From: Candidatus Harrisonbacteria bacterium
GTDB lineage: Bacteria; Patescibacteriota; Minisyncoccia; UBA6257; WO2-44-18
NCBI GenBank assembly: GCA_016182295.1
Contig: JACOXP010000008.1
Location: forward strand, 1 to 47,663
Length of the DNA: 47,663 nucleotides
Direction: 5' to 3'
Part shown: one piece after another, positions 28,448-38,324 of the stretch
How positions within the stretch are numbered: position 1 is the stretch's first letter
Layout: each line of letters begins with the position of its first letter
Position numbers and translations under genes: made by a program
The notes under the pieces: model-generated
What the model saw: only the letters and a program-made list of their open reading frames with translations
The model's database searches: none
What the model was told of the DNA's origin: nothing

Positions 28448-29101
28448 ATGGCCGCCACGAAAAAAAGAAAAGGTTTGTTTTTGGTGTTTGAGGGCTGTGA
28501 GGGAGTCGGCAAGACCACCCAAGCTAAGCTTTTACGTGATTGGCTTACAAGCAACGGTTATAAATCAGTTCTTACAAAAGAGCCGGGCGGCGATGAGGGA
28601 ATTTGCAGCGATATCAGAAAAATTTTGTTGAATGAAAAGTACGGAAAAAGCATGGATTATGTTGCCGAGTTTTTGCTTTTTGAATCAGACAGAGCCCAGC
28701 ATGTCGGCAAAATTATCAAACCAGCTTTGGAAATGGGTCACACAGTTATCAGCGACCGATACAGCGCCGGCACTTTCGCTTATCAATGCGTTGCCAGAAA
28801 AGTTTGTGATATTCCGGAATTTCGAACGATTGATAATTTCGCGACTCGCAAGCTAGAACCCAGTCATATTTTTTGGATGGATCTCGATCCGGCCATAGGT
28901 TTGAAACGTAACGTGGCCATAGGAAAACGAGATCGATTCGAAAAAGAAAAACTGTCTTTTCATCAGGCGGTTCGCCGGGGATACGAAGAATATTTTGAAT
29001 ACGTTGCCCCTCGCAATCGCTGGACAAAACTTGACGCTAGCCTGCCGATTGATGAAATTCATTGGAAAATACGTGAAATACTGGAAAAGCGGTTCCTCTA
29101 G
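28448..29101 (+). CDS. tmk: Thymidylate kinase
   Basis: FEGCEGVGKTTQ, TKEPGG, ISDRY; AAGGAG SD before the ATG at 28448. Confidence 0.95.
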   Translation: MAATKKRKGLFLVFEGCEGVGKTTQAKLLRDWLTSNGYKSVLTKEPGGDEGICSDIRKILLNEKYGKSMDYVAEFLLFESDRAQHVGKIIKPALEMGHTVISDRYSAGTFAYQCVARKVCDIPEFRTIDNFATRKLEPSHIFWMDLDPAIGLKRNVAIGKRDRFEKEKLSFHQAVRRGYEEYFEYVAPRNRWTKLDASLPIDEIHWKIREILEKRFL

Positions 29102-29264
29102 GAACCGCTTTTTTCTATCTTGGAGTATATTTACGACCTCGCTCGAACCTACTTTATCAGAAAATCCTGACGTTGAATAGTGCCGCGCCGCAGGCGCGGC
29201 ACAAAAACCGCAACGGCTCGCGGGCAAAAAATTTCCTCCCCCTCACCCCCTCCATTTTTTGCCC
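29085..29264 (+). repeat. Left arm of a ~180-bp inverted repeat
   Basis: 29085-29151 is the exact reverse complement of 30864-30930; the inner part is diverged but keeps two hairpins. Confidence 0.92.
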
Positions 29265-29318
29265 GATAGATAACTTGACATTTGTTTTGAGAAAATATAT
29301 TTGGTATAATTCCATAAT

Positions 29319-30734
29319 ATGAACAATCAAAAAGGTTTTATAAATGTAGTCGTGATTATTATGGTGCTGGTCGTGGTTAGCATTGCTGGTTATTATTTTA
29401 TTGTTTCCAAAAAAGCAATCCAACCACCTATTACAATAACTGAAACGACTCAGGATCTTAACCAACCGACAACTCCAACACCAACTCCAACTCCAACGCC
29501 TACATCACCAGAGACCACATTTACACTCAAGAGCAAATATTTACAAAACGATCCAACGGCTCAAGCGATGGCGTCGGGTAAAATGAATAAATATAATATC
29601 AGAACGTTTTCATCGATTTATGGCGAGAAAGGACCCTATAGCACTGATAATTTTGCGTATAAATTTCTTAGTGCACTAAGAATGTTAGGTTATACACGGG
29701 GTTATAAAACCGTAGGCGGTCAATATATTGCAGAACAATATTTAAATAGAGCTCAGCGGTTCAATAACTTGACATCCTCTCCTTTTATTGACGGGTCTAT
29801 TCTGAAAATCATTGACTCAGAGTTTGCGGAAAGAGAAAATCTTGATAGAAATCTTGCTCTTAACTTTCCACTTTACAATCATCTCGCAGATCATCCCTTA
29901 AATGAACCAACCAGCGAACACGTTACGGCTTTATTGTCAGCGGTTTTCGGTGAACTCCCCGCCAATTTAGCAGTCTGGAGTGAAAAGAATTTTAAGGATT
30001 TTTATATAAGACAATTCGGTCAAAGAATTAAAAACGCTGACAGTCCTGATTATCAAATTTGTGAAAGTGCTATTTACCCCGAATTTGGAATGGATTGTGC
30101 TATAGGAGTATATTTCGGCACTCCTTTAATTAACAAAGTTCCAGCTAATTCGCCCCAAAACGATGATTTTTCATTTGCCTCGCTGGCGCTTCATGAGTAT
30201 GCCCACTATCTAGACCAGAAATTATATAGCCCAGAATCAGGTACATCCAAAGGAGTTATAGACACAGCAGGTTTTTACAATATCTCTTACGATACTTCAG
30301 ATCCGGCCCCTGGAGGTGTACGTGAATTTGCCTATAGGCGTCCACAAAATGTTAAAAATGAATTTGTTTCAAGTTATGCTCAGGGTTGGAAACGTACAGT
30401 AAATGGAAAAGATTATTTTAGTGCCGCTGAAGATTTTGCAGAATCATTTTCATTATATGTAACCGACGGGAAAGTCTTTAGGAAATTGGCTGAATCAAGC
30501 GATGCATTAAGGCAAAAGTACGATTGGTTGAAAATTAATGTTTTCAACGGCCGAGAATATCAAAGTGGCGACATCCAGAGTGTTACTATCCTCAAACAGC
30601 AACCTAATTTGGTAGGAGATGAGCTCGTGAGACAGGCTACAGGCGCTTTCAATGTCGTCGATTATTCTACGTCATTGCCAAATTTTGTTTGGAACTATAA
30701 GTTTCTTAATGGGTCTTTAGTTCCTAAACCTTAA
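29319..30734 (+). CDS. Pilin-like-anchored putative zinc metallopeptidase
   Basis: MNNQKG/F + hydrophobic stretch (class III-like signal), PT-repeat linker, HEYAH, SSYA...EDFAES; visibly AT-rich. Confidence 0.75.
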   Translation: MNNQKGFINVVVIIMVLVVVSIAGYYFIVSKKAIQPPITITETTQDLNQPTTPTPTPTPTPTSPETTFTLKSKYLQNDPTAQAMASGKMNKYNIRTFSSIYGEKGPYSTDNFAYKFLSALRMLGYTRGYKTVGGQYIAEQYLNRAQRFNNLTSSPFIDGSILKIIDSEFAERENLDRNLALNFPLYNHLADHPLNEPTSEHVTALLSAVFGELPANLAVWSEKNFKDFYIRQFGQRIKNADSPDYQICESAIYPEFGMDCAIGVYFGTPLINKVPANSPQNDDFSFASLALHEYAHYLDQKLYSPESGTSKGVIDTAGFYNISYDTSDPAPGGVREFAYRRPQNVKNEFVSSYAQGWKRTVNGKDYFSAAEDFAESFSLYVTDGKVFRKLAESSDALRQKYDWLKINVFNGREYQSGDIQSVTILKQQPNLVGDELVRQATGAFNVVDYSTSLPNFVWNYKFLNGSLVPKP

Positions 30735-30745
30735 AAAAATCGTTT

Positions 30746-30930
30746 GGGCAAAAAATGGAGGGGTTTTAGGGGAGGAAATTTTTTGCCCGCGAGCCGACGG
30801 GTTTTCCTGCCCGCCCCGCAAAGCGGGGCGGGCACTGGTTTTCGTTAGCAATTTTTGATAAAATAGGTTCGAGCGAGGTCGTAAATATACTCCAAGATAG
30901 AAAAAAGCGGTTCCTAGAGGAACCGCTTTT
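30746..30930 (-). repeat. Right arm of the ~180-bp inverted repeat
   Basis: Mirror of 29085-29264; runs into a 54-bp palindrome (30890-30943) that overlaps the tRNA-Gly 3' end. Confidence 0.92.
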
Positions 30931-30938
30931 TTCTATCT

Positions 30939-31013
30939 TGGAGCGGGCGAGGGGAATCGAACCCCCATCTTGACATTGGCAATGTCATATAATAGCCACT
31001 ATACGACGCCCGC
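30939..31013 (-). tRNA. tRNA-Gly(GCC) with encoded CCA
   Basis: GCGGGCG acceptor, TGACA-TTGCCAA-TGTCA, GGTTCGATTCC, TCCA end. Confidence 0.95.
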
Positions 31014-31035
31014 GTTCAAAACTTTCATAAACATT

Positions 31036-31689
31036 TTATAAGTTAATGCCAAATAAATCAATCCATTTAAACACCTTCCGTTTTAGATAACTGTCGCTAA
31101 AACTAACCATGCAAATGCCGTTTTTCAATCTCGTAGTAGGGTGATGACCTCTTATAAATTGAGTTTTGTAAAATTGAATAAGCGGTATATTGGTGACCCG
31201 AGACCAAAAACTAACGCAACGTTGTTCATCGAGATCTGGATAAAGTATCAAACCAATTTTAATTTTAATTTTCTTGATCCGCAATGTTTTGGTGAGAAAG
31301 CGCACATATAAAGCGATCATTCTATGATCCGTATTAGACAATCTTATTACCCATTTACTCTTGTTATCTCCTTCTCCCCAGTAAAGCATAAGGCCCGCAA
31401 CAAACAGCGGGTTTTTTAATAGGTTGGGAAATTCTTTTATTGCTTCGTCGTCCGCAGTTGCATAATACTTGTTCCATTTAACGGCATTAATGGCAACCAG
31501 CTTTCTGATTCTTATTGAAGCTTTCTTGCGATTTTTCTTATCAAGCAATTCTTTTACCTTTTGTGAACCCTTGTCGTTTTTGAACCAACCGGCCAAGGTT
31601 CCCTTAGGAATACCCAAAGCTCTAACTATTTCGTTATAGCTTTTATTTCTCCTTCGTAATTCTACGGCTTTTTCTTTATCTTTCCGCAT
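31036..31689 (-). CDS. HTH + LAGLIDADG-like protein directly upstream of tRNA-Gly
   Basis: SYNEIVRALGIPKGTLAGW HTH; AGLMLYWGEG, LSNTD motifs. Confidence 0.7.
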   Translation of the reverse strand: MRKDKEKAVELRRRNKSYNEIVRALGIPKGTLAGWFKNDKGSQKVKELLDKKNRKKASIRIRKLVAINAVKWNKYYATADDEAIKEFPNLLKNPLFVAGLMLYWGEGDNKSKWVIRLSNTDHRMIALYVRFLTKTLRIKKIKIKIGLILYPDLDEQRCVSFWSRVTNIPLIQFYKTQFIRGHHPTTRLKNGICMVSFSDSYLKRKVFKWIDLFGINL

Positions 31690-31757
31690 AAAAAAGAACC
31701 GCTGTGATTTGTACACCTGATGATAGCATAGCCGTTCAGTTTTTACCCGTGAATAAC

Positions 31758-31943
31758 TTACTCGGTAGTTGGCGGCGGGCCGGATGGCCCTTTTACCGAA
31801 GGCGCTGAAGTCGGCCCCTCAAACCCGGGCGCTCCTTGGCTTGGAGATTGGACTGGAATGTTGAAAAGCACATAGCTCGCGACCAATCCAAAAATTACCA
31901 ATAAGACGAAAACTATTTTGAAAAGACCCTTGGCTGTTTTCAT
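31758..31943 (-). CDS. Small membrane-anchored Pro-rich protein
   Basis: MKTAKG/L + TM helix + P/S/G-rich tail. Confidence 0.6.
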   Translation of the reverse strand: MKTAKGLFKIVFVLLVIFGLVASYVLFNIPVQSPSQGAPGFEGPTSAPSVKGPSGPPPTTE

Positions 31944-31987
31944 CTTGATTAAGATAATATAATATAGTTATAGTATAACGCAACTGT

Positions 31988-33832
31988 ATGAAAGTTAAAC
32001 AATCTTTTTATTCAAACATAATTTGGGCGGTGCTGGTCTTAATGACGCTCTCGGTGGCCTTTTCCTTTCTACTGGGATCGCAGGAGGAAATTGCCAAATT
32101 GAGTATCAATGACTTAGTCAATAAAATTAACGCCGGCGAAGTGAAGGAAATCATTGTTAATGGAGACGATCTCTCGATTATTCTTACCGATGATAGCAAA
32201 GGAACGGCCAGAAAGGAGAGCGAAGCCGGCTTCACCGAAACTTTAAACAATTTCGGAGTGAGTCAAGCCGCCTTGCAGAACGTCAATTTGATCGTTGAGG
32301 ATGAATCGGGTTTGCGCTTCTGGGCCAGTATTCTTATACCGACCCTTTTGCCTTTAATAATCATTATAGTTTTGTTCCTGTTCATTTTCCGTCGCGCTCA
32401 ATCCGGCGCCAGCCAAGCGTTTACTTTCGGCCGGGCTAATATTCGGCTTTTCACCCATCAGAAAGACAAAGCGACTTTCAAAGACATCGCCGGTCTTAAA
32501 GAGGCCAAGCAAGAACTTGAGGAAGTCGTGGATTTTCTTAAAAATCCTAAAAAGTATATCGAAATTGGAGCTCGTATTCCTCGTGGCGTGCTTTTGATGG
32601 GTCCGCCCGGAACCGGTAAAACCCTGCTTGCCCGCGCCGTTGCCGGAGAAGCTGCCGTGCCGTTTTTCCACATTTCCGCCTCCGAATTCGTGGAAATGTT
32701 TGTTGGAGTGGGCGCCGCCCGCACCCGGGACGCTTTTGCTACCGCCAAGAAAGCCGCTCCCGCGATTTTATTCATTGACGAAATTGACGCCGTTGGTCGG
32801 GAACGGGGAGCCGGAGTAGGCGGCGGCCATGACGAACGTGAGCAAACGCTTAATCAAATTCTCGTCGAGATGGATGGATTTGACCGAGATACGCGCGTGA
32901 TAGTTCTTGCGGCCACCAATCGCCCCGATATTTTGGACAGGGCGCTATTGCGGCCAGGCCGCTTCGATCGCCGCGTGATTCTGGATATGCCGGACATCAA
33001 TGATCGCGAAGAAATCCTAAAAATTCACGCCCGCGGCAAGTTATTGGCCAAAGAAGTGGATCTCCGCAAGGTGGCTATCCGTACGCCAGGTTTTTCTGGC
33101 GCTGATCTTGCTAATTTGATGAACGAGGGGGCGATTTTTTCCGCGCGCCAGAATCACAAACAAATCGGACAGCAAGCGCTCCTTGAATCGATCGAGAAAG
33201 TTATTTTGGGACCAGAGCGAAAGGGACGCACTATTTCCGAAAAAGAAAGAAAAATCACCGCCTATCACGAGGCCGGTCACGCGTTGGTGGCAGCCAGTTT
33301 GAAAGACGCCGATCCGGTTCAAAAGGTTTCCATAATCAGTCGCGGGCCGGCCGGGGGATATACTTTGAAATTGCCGATAGAGGAAATGCGTTTGCGTAGC
33401 CGATCCCAATTTATGACGGAGCTTGCGGCGATGCTTGGCGGTTATGCTTCCGAGAAAGAAATTTTTGGAGATATCAGCACCGGCGCTTCCAATGACATTA
33501 AAGAGGCCTCGGAGTTGGCGCGGCGATTGGTGACTAAATATGGAATGAGCGAAAAGCTTGGCCCGATAACTTTCGGGAAAAATGAAGAGCTGGTATTTTT
33601 GGGCAAGGAAATTTCCGCCGAGAAAAATTATTCGGAAAAAGTGGCCGCTGAAATTGACGAGGAGGTGAACGGATTTATCACCCGGGCTTTTGAAACCGCC
33701 AAAAAAGTAATTTCCGTCCGCAGAAAAGTGTTGGATAAAATAGCGGGGGAGCTTATAAAAAAAGAAACTTTGGAACAAGAAGAATTCAACAATTTGCTTA
33801 AACCTTTCAAATTGAAGCCGCTTACGTTATAA
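31988..33832 (+). CDS. ftsH: ATP-dependent zinc metalloprotease FtsH
   Basis: 2 TMs, [26 protein letters not shown]. Confidence 0.97.
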   Translation: MKVKQSFYSNIIWAVLVLMTLSVAFSFLLGSQEEIAKLSINDLVNKINAGEVKEIIVNGDDLSIILTDDSKGTARKESEAGFTETLNNFGVSQAALQNVNLIVEDESGLRFWASILIPTLLPLIIIIVLFLFIFRRAQSGASQAFTFGRANIRLFTHQKDKATFKDIAGLKEAKQELEEVVDFLKNPKKYIEIGARIPRGVLLMGPPGTGKTLLARAVAGEAAVPFFHISASEFVEMFVGVGAARTRDAFATAKKAAPAILFIDEIDAVGRERGAGVGGGHDEREQTLNQILVEMDGFDRDTRVIVLAATNRPDILDRALLRPGRFDRRVILDMPDINDREEILKIHARGKLLAKEVDLRKVAIRTPGFSGADLANLMNEGAIFSARQNHKQIGQQALLESIEKVILGPERKGRTISEKERKITAYHEAGHALVAASLKDADPVQKVSIISRGPAGGYTLKLPIEEMRLRSRSQFMTELAAMLGGYASEKEIFGDISTGASNDIKEASELARRLVTKYGMSEKLGPITFGKNEELVFLGKEISAEKNYSEKVAAEIDEEVNGFITRAFETAKKVISVRRKVLDKIAGELIKKETLEQEEFNNLLKPFKLKPLTL

Positions 33833-33856
33833 TGCTGGTGTCCGAAGGGACATTAA

Positions 33857-33928
33857 CGGCCTGTAGCTCAGTGGTAGAGCAGTGATCTTATAAGTCACGG
33901 GTCGCAGGTTCGATCCCTGCCAGGCCGA
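33857..33928 (+). tRNA. tRNA-Ile(TAT)
   Basis: CGGCCTG/CAGGCCG acceptor, GTGAT-CTTATAA-GTCAC arm (TAT at 33889-33891), GGTTCGATCC. Confidence 0.9.
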
Positions 33929-33995
33929 CACTTGACAAAAGCCTTTTTATATGGTAACTTAACAATCAGAACACCTTTTATTTGAAGGAGGGTTT

Positions 33996-34163
33996 ATGTT
34001 AAGGGCAAGGGAAGCGGAAGTTCGAATCATGAGAGGGATGAGGGTGATGAGCCCTCGTCAGCTCGAGCAAAAAATCTTGATGGAGCGGCGCTCGGAGCGC
34101 ACCGCAGAAAACGTCAAGCTTCTCCAGAAGGCCGTTCTCGCGGTCCTTCTGAAGATCGCCTGA
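33996..34163 (+). CDS. 55-aa basic small protein missing from the ORF track
   Basis: TTGACA-17-TAACTT promoter, GAAGGAGG SD, MLRAREAEVRIMRG...VLLKIA*, hairpin actccccaacgt/acgttggggagt at 34183-34210. Confidence 0.7.
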   Translation: MLRAREAEVRIMRGMRVMSPRQLEQKILMERRSERTAENVKLLQKAVLAVLLKIA

Positions 34164-34264
34164 AACCCCCTCCCTCCGAACGACTCCCCAACGTGAATAC
34201 GTTGGGGAGTTTAATTTTCCACAACTATTCCTTTTTTCATAAAATTGTTATAATATATCCGCCA

Positions 34265-36409
34265 ATGCTGAAACTCGAAACTGAGTTAGCAAAAATTAAA
34301 GGCATCCCGCCCAGATTTTTGGCCAAGTTGGATAAACTTAAAATCAAAACGGTCAAGGATCTTTTGTGGCACTTTCCGTTTCGTTACGAAGATTTTTCCC
34401 AAGTCGTGAAAATTGCCGATTTGAAAGCAAATCAAACCGCCACCGTCAGGGGAATTATTAAACACGTCGGCATGAGGCGTTCCTGGCGGCGAAAAATGAT
34501 GATTGTTGAAGCGATAATCGCTGATGAAACCGCGGGTATCAAAGCAATCTGGTTCAATCAGCCATATATTGCCAGATCGTTGCAGATCGGCCGTCGAATT
34601 AATTTTGCCGGAAAAGTTATTTTTTCAAACGAGGAACTTTGTTTTCAAAGCCCATCCTATGAAATTACCGGATTAACCGCCGAAACGAAACACACCGGTG
34701 GTTTGATCGCGGTCTATCCGGAAACCCGAGGCCTGACTTCTAAAGGATTGCGGTTTCTCATCGCCGCCATTTTTAAAAATTTACAGCCAATTTCGGATTT
34801 TGTTCCGAAAGAAATTTTAGCCGAAGGAAATTTCCCCAATCTATCCGATTCGCTTCATTTAATCCATTTTCCTAAAAACGCCACTGATACTGAAAAAGCG
34901 AGACAACGATTCGCCTTCGCCGACCTCTTTTTATTGCAATTGGTTAACCAGGTGAACCGCTTACGTCTCGCGCGAGAAAAAGCGCCGCCGTTAAAAGTTG
35001 ATAGACAATTTGTCGAATCGGCTATTGCCACTTTGCCGTTTGAATTGACCGGCGCTCAAAAAAGAAGCATTGATGAAATTCTGGAAGATTTGCAAAAACC
35101 TCAGCCGATGAACCGACTCTTGCAAGGCGATGTCGGATCCGGCAAAACCGCCGTGGCGGCGATTGCGGCGCTGGTGGCTGCCGAGAACGGCAAACAAACC
35201 GCCTTTATGGCGCCAACCGAAGTGCTTGCCAACCAGCATTATAAAACCCTGACTACAATTTTCCGAAGTTCTTCAATCGGCATCGGTATCTTAACCGGCA
35301 GCGAAGCCAAAGCTTTTTACGGCGATGGTCTTGAGGGGAAAGTTGGCCGATTCGAATTATTAGAAGATATCGCTAACGGGAAAATAAAATTAATTTTGGG
35401 AACTCATGCTCTTATTTCTTCCAGCGAATCTAAAAAATCGGTTCAGTTTCATGATTTGGCCCTTGCTATTGTTGATGAACAGCATCGCTTCGGAGTTGAC
35501 CAGCGAGCAGCGTTGGTTAAGCAAGAAATTCATCCCGGCGCTGAAACCACCGTCCATTTTCTTTCTATGAGCGCCACACCAATCCCGCGCACCTTAGCCC
35601 TTTCAATATTTGGCGATCTTGATCTCTCGATAATCGATGAGATGCCTAAAGGTAGAAAAGAAGTTATTACTAAAATCGTTTCTCCATCGAATCGTGTCAA
35701 AGCCCACGCTTTTATCCGCGAAGAAGTTAAAAATGGCAGACAGATTTTTGTTATCTGTCCGAGAATTTCCGCCGCTGAAAATTCCGATGAAAAAATGGAC
35801 GAGCGCAAACGCCTTTGGGCGGAAGTTAAAAATGTTACCGAAGAATACGAGCGGCTTTCCAAGAAGGTTTTTCCCGAGTTGCGAGTGGCAATGCTTCACG
35901 GCCGGATGAAATCATTGGAGAAAAATAAAATTATGTCGGAATTCGCTTTGGGAAATTACGACATAATGGTTTCCACTTCCGTTATCGAAGTCGGCGTTGA
36001 TGTGCCTAACGCCACTATTATGGTAATTGAGGGAGCCGACCGATTTGGGCTAGCCCAGCTTTATCAATTCCGGGGACGCGTTGGCCGCGGCGAGCACCAA
36101 TCTTACTGTCTGCTTTTTACTGATTCTTCCTCCTCGACTACCTTGAACCGCCTAGACGCTCTTTTGAAAGCGAAAAACGGATTCGAGCTCGCCGAAAAAG
36201 ATTTGGCGATTCGCGGACCGGGAGAATTCATTGGCGATAAACAAACTGGAATGCCCGATTTGGCGATGAAGGCGCTCAATAATATTCAATTGGTAAAAAC
36301 CGCCCGAACCGCTGCTGTCAAAGTGCTCAAAACCGACGCTTCTTTAACCAAGTACCCCCAACTAAAAAACCAATTGATAGCCTTCCGAAACCAGATCCAT
36401 TTTGAATAA
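34265..36409 (+). CDS. recG: ATP-dependent DNA helicase RecG
   Basis: QGDVGSGKT, DEQHRFG, SATPIPRT, QFRGRVGRG, DLAIRGPG. Confidence 0.96.
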   Translation: MLKLETELAKIKGIPPRFLAKLDKLKIKTVKDLLWHFPFRYEDFSQVVKIADLKANQTATVRGIIKHVGMRRSWRRKMMIVEAIIADETAGIKAIWFNQPYIARSLQIGRRINFAGKVIFSNEELCFQSPSYEITGLTAETKHTGGLIAVYPETRGLTSKGLRFLIAAIFKNLQPISDFVPKEILAEGNFPNLSDSLHLIHFPKNATDTEKARQRFAFADLFLLQLVNQVNRLRLAREKAPPLKVDRQFVESAIATLPFELTGAQKRSIDEILEDLQKPQPMNRLLQGDVGSGKTAVAAIAALVAAENGKQTAFMAPTEVLANQHYKTLTTIFRSSSIGIGILTGSEAKAFYGDGLEGKVGRFELLEDIANGKIKLILGTHALISSSESKKSVQFHDLALAIVDEQHRFGVDQRAALVKQEIHPGAETTVHFLSMSATPIPRTLALSIFGDLDLSIIDEMPKGRKEVITKIVSPSNRVKAHAFIREEVKNGRQIFVICPRISAAENSDEKMDERKRLWAEVKNVTEEYERLSKKVFPELRVAMLHGRMKSLEKNKIMSEFALGNYDIMVSTSVIEVGVDVPNATIMVIEGADRFGLAQLYQFRGRVGRGEHQSYCLLFTDSSSSTTLNRLDALLKAKNGFELAEKDLAIRGPGEFIGDKQTGMPDLAMKALNNIQLVKTARTAAVKVLKTDASLTKYPQLKNQLIAFRNQIHFE

Positions 36410-36411
36410 TT

Positions 36412-37875
36412 CTAAGTTCTGGACTTTGGAGTTACCCAGAAACCGAGTTTGAATTTACCGCCCAGCATTAGGCGGGTGTGGGCTTCCAGCGCCGGAAGAG
36501 AGCCAAGAAGAACCATAACTAAAGGCGTGAGCAGCCACTGCACAAGATACCAAACGTAATGAAACGGCCGGAACCAATCCGGTTTTTTAGGCAAAAGCGC
36601 CAACGCCAAGACGGCCGAAGTGGCAATGCCGATACTTGCCACGGCCATAATCAAACGGGTGACGTTGGGGAGATTGTAAGCTAGGACGGTATAGTTAAAC
36701 GCCTGTCCGCCAAGAAGCAGTGGCAGCCAGCCGAGCGCGAAGATAATAAAAGCGTTGGTAGCCCAGGAGTGCATTCCCTCAATTTGCTGGAAAACCCAGA
36801 AAAATTTTTTTCGAAGAGGTATTAAACGGTTTTTGGAAAATTCGCGCATAATAAACGGAATATTCTCCGCTCCGTAAGCCCAGCGCCGCTGTTGTTTATA
36901 AGTGTTAACCATTGTTTTCCAAAAAGACGGAGCGACATTGGCATCCATGGAGATTGGATACAAAAGCGGGGTTACCCGCCAATCGCCGTTGTAATGCAAG
37001 TAACACTGCCAGAAAATTCTTGAATCTTCCGAAACCACATTTTTTTGCCAAAAACCGATTTCCACCAGCGCTTTAAACGGCATGGAATGGGAGGAAAAAG
37101 TTACCAATCGGTCGGGGCGGGTCTGGACAATCAATTGCCAAAAAGTCGCGGAATAGGCGACTACTCGGGCCGGCGCCGGCGCTTGATAAATATTGTTGGT
37201 AAAAAGCGGAATTGGCTGAAAACTGGAGCGTTGCGGATTTTCGCAATTAAAGAAATTCCAGGCGAGACAGCCGAAATAGTCGGGAAAAACCTGCGTGTCC
37301 ACGTCAAAAACCGAAACCAGAACGTTTTCGTAAGGAATTTTTAATTGATCAACAACCTTTTTAGCTTCATTGCCGGCCCAAGCGCTGTTTGACCCCTTTC
37401 CCGGAATTTCTCCGGTTAATCCGGCGGGATGGTGGGTGGCAAAAATTTTATAAAATTCGTCCTTATATTCCCCCGCGAGCCGATCAGCGATTTCGTTAGA
37501 TGCGGCGCCGGCCTTTTCTTCCGCCGCAATCACGACCAGAAAGCGATCCTTTGGATATTTATTATTTTTTAAACTTTCCAACGTTTCCTTAACCAACGCA
37601 TGTGGCTCCTGATACATCGGAAGGATAATCAGATGATAAATGTCGCGCCAGTTAGTGCCTTCTAATTTTCCAATCCAGTCAGTTTTGAGATTTTGCTTCA
37701 TGCGGCGATAGCCGTCGCGAAGATGAATGATTAAATAAATTGTCCTAAGCAGCCAATAGATGTCGAAAAGAATTATAAAAACGGCCACTATTGCCGGCAG
37801 TTGCCAAGAGAAAACAATTACTAAGATTAAAGTTAACCAAGCTAACACGCCTGGAATAATTTCCAGCTGCCTCAT
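36412..37875 (-). CDS. Membrane glycosyltransferase family 2
   Basis: FDVD, SED, QQRRW motifs; flanking TMs. Confidence 0.88.
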   Translation of the reverse strand: MRQLEIIPGVLAWLTLILVIVFSWQLPAIVAVFIILFDIYWLLRTIYLIIHLRDGYRRMKQNLKTDWIGKLEGTNWRDIYHLIILPMYQEPHALVKETLESLKNNKYPKDRFLVVIAAEEKAGAASNEIADRLAGEYKDEFYKIFATHHPAGLTGEIPGKGSNSAWAGNEAKKVVDQLKIPYENVLVSVFDVDTQVFPDYFGCLAWNFFNCENPQRSSFQPIPLFTNNIYQAPAPARVVAYSATFWQLIVQTRPDRLVTFSSHSMPFKALVEIGFWQKNVVSEDSRIFWQCYLHYNGDWRVTPLLYPISMDANVAPSFWKTMVNTYKQQRRWAYGAENIPFIMREFSKNRLIPLRKKFFWVFQQIEGMHSWATNAFIIFALGWLPLLLGGQAFNYTVLAYNLPNVTRLIMAVASIGIATSAVLALALLPKKPDWFRPFHYVWYLVQWLLTPLVMVLLGSLPALEAHTRLMLGGKFKLGFWVTPKSRT

Positions 37876-37906
37876 AAGTCAGCTTATTGAAACACAGTTT
37901 TGGATT

Positions 37907-38296
37907 TTAGAAAAGATTCAGAGAATAAGCACCGCCGCCGAGAGTCGCCAAAACTAAACCAGCCGAAAGAAGCAATAAGTCGAGCTCAAAACCGCCAACC
38001 AATTTTTGACCGCGCGTTATTTTCCAGATAGTTGCCACGAGCATATTGAAAGCAAGCAAGATGCCGGCTAATTGAACGGCAATTCCCAAAATAATAGCCA
38101 CGCCGCCGAGCGTCTCAACTAATGCGACTATGGTGCCCCAAAAAGCGCCGGGTTTAAAACCCATCATTGTGAAATTTTCCGAATTGGCTTTAAGATTTTT
38201 TAATTTCGGCCAGCCGTGAGCGAGAAAAATCGCTCCAAAAACAAAACGAAGCACTAAAAGCGCCCATTCGCTGAAGATAGCAAGTATTGTAAGCAT
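37907..38296 (-). CDS. DoxX family membrane protein
   Basis: LRFVFGAIFLAHGWPKL...ETLGG...GGGAYSL. Confidence 0.9.
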   Translation of the reverse strand: MLTILAIFSEWALLVLRFVFGAIFLAHGWPKLKNLKANSENFTMMGFKPGAFWGTIVALVETLGGVAIILGIAVQLAGILLAFNMLVATIWKITRGQKLVGGFELDLLLLSAGLVLATLGGGAYSLNLF

Positions 38297-38324
38297 ATTT
38301 TTTTAAATCACCCGACCTTTCGGT

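Noticed and set aside
29466..29512. 6-nt tandem repeat as a DNA element
   Set aside because: It encodes the in-frame PT linker of the surface protein.
33041..33778. 245-aa antisense ORF and the many other nested or antisense ORFs in the track
   Set aside because: They lie opposite or inside well-supported genes and show no motifs or expression signals.
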